A stretch of 64,000 bases of DNA from Pavona decussata (Eukaryota), in the NCBI GenBank assembly GCA_977016875.1, contig CDRNST010000180.1, forward strand, positions 682,001 to 746,000. The letters run 5' to 3'. Of the stretch, positions 62,890 to 64,000 are shown piece after piece. Every line of letters begins with the position of its first letter. Position 1 is the stretch's first letter. The position numbers and the translations under genes are program-made. The notes under the pieces are model-generated. The model searched no databases, was not told the DNA's origin, and worked only from the letters and a program-made list of their open reading frames with translations.

Positions 62890-64000
62890 ATGTGGGGGAT
62901 GCCACAGATTAGCGTCCTCTTTACTCTCTCGTGCCTTTTGTTCGTTCGTGTCACAAATGCGGCCGTCCCAGCCAGCTCATCGTGCACTGCTTACAATTTG
63001 AGTTCGCTGGCCAATGAAACAGTCGCTTCGTATGAAGAACAAGCTCCAGATGGCCGCAAACCGCTGACCATTCTAACCATCCTTCAAGCAGCGCTAAACA
63101 GCAGTTCAAGGATGGATACAGCCGCTCGTTTACAGGTCTCTGAAGGGTGTTTGGATTATCTTGAATTCTCCCTGCCCGAGGTTTCTCTTTTCCTGCTGAA
63201 TACATCCCATTTTAAGCAAGTCACTTTTGATCAAGTTTTTCGCGGTGTGCTCGTCTCAGAAGTTGAATCAGTTTTGCGTTCCTTGCTCTCCTTGAGGTTA
63301 TATCTACAAAGGCTTCATATAATGGGCAACGAAACGCTGCATGAAATCGCCATGTCAAATAATCTGAGTGTCGAGGCTGATCCTATTCTGGAGATACTAC
63401 TGCGGCCCTTCAACATGAGTGACGTCAGCATGTTTTCTGCCTTTTTGGAGGTCAATTCGTCATCGTTTAATCTTCTCAACCAAACTACAAAAGAACTGGC
63501 GGCAATTCTGGCTGTGAAAAACCCAGACGAGATAAAAAATTACACATTGCTTCGCTTGGTCAAGATCTCATTGCTTGGAAGTGAATTTTTCAGGGGCTTG
63601 CAGATGACAATTCGAAGGGTCCGAGCTTCCCTTCATGTAAGCTGGATTGAACTCAGTGCAGGACTCGAGAACGTGACGTCAGTGTTGGAGGGAGTGTTGG
63701 CCAAGATTCCTAAACGAGTGCGTTATCTCAGCTCCTATATTTTAGGTGTTATGGGATATGATCTGCAACTTTTGAACATCACTTTGCAAGATATAGCAGA
63801 GCTGACAAACAACACGGTCGCTGAACTCCAAGCGTACAAAGTTTATCCACAATTGGTAACGTTCATCATAAAAACAAGAACGAAAATCATTGAAATAAAC
63901 GGAGAGACAAGAAAGGAGATAAGAGATGCTATCAGAGAGATTCTGGAAGCCTACAGTGTTACTTACGAACAACTAAGTAACGCATTCAATTTGACAGTTG
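62890..64000 (+). CDS. Uncharacterised secreted or membrane glycoprotein, N-terminal >=370 aa; runs off the window
   Basis: Stop-free frame from ATG 62890 to the window end, absent from the ORF track because it has no stop. In-frame TGA at 62884 just upstream and a splice acceptor ttatttttcag at 62875. Signal-peptide-like start MWGMPQISVLFTLSCLLFVRVTNA; 14 N-x-S/T sequons; Leu-rich, helical-looking sequence. Confidence 0.85.
   Translation, partial: MWGMPQISVLFTLSCLLFVRVTNAAVPASSSCTAYNLSSLANETVASYEEQAPDGRKPLTILTILQAALNSSSRMDTAARLQVSEGCLDYLEFSLPEVSLFLLNTSHFKQVTFDQVFRGVLVSEVESVLRSLLSLRLYLQRLHIMGNETLHEIAMSNNLSVEADPILEILLRPFNMSDVSMFSAFLEVNSSSFNLLNQTTKELAAILAVKNPDEIKNYTLLRLVKISLLGSEFFRGLQMTIRRVRASLHVSWIELSAGLENVTSVLEGVLAKIPKRVRYLSSYILGVMGYDLQLLNITLQDIAELTNNTVAELQAYKVYPQLVTFIIKTRTKIIEINGETRKEIRDAIREILEAYSVTYEQLSNAFNLTV

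Overview
Eukaryotic, intron-rich genomic DNA with two assembly gaps. The gene content and repeat families suggest an anthozoan, probably a stony coral (inference). Five protein-coding genes can be assembled from GT-AG splice sites with consistent phases. (1) The 3' portion (19 exons) of a DHX30-like DEAH RNA helicase, + strand, 268-21882. (2) A two-exon class A GPCR nested antisense in the 7.8-kb helicase intron, 12592-15082. (3) A two-exon doublecortin-like kinase with 2 DCX domains and a DCLK3-like kinase, + strand, 24453-28629. (4) A complete ~4,030-aa polycystin-1-like gene (signal peptide, WSC, many PKD repeats, REJ, GPS, PLAT, channel domain), - strand, 30323-54551. (5) The start of a secreted, sequon-rich orphan protein missed by the ORF track (62890 to window end). 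Introns hold many MITE-like palindromes, tRNA-derived SINE-like pieces, a 106-bp satellite and Penelope-like remnants. The most striking non-coding element is a 211-bp insertion at 15895-16105. It has a 15-bp target-site duplication and a perfect 67-bp inverted repeat that places an intact minimal hammerhead ribozyme core on both strands.
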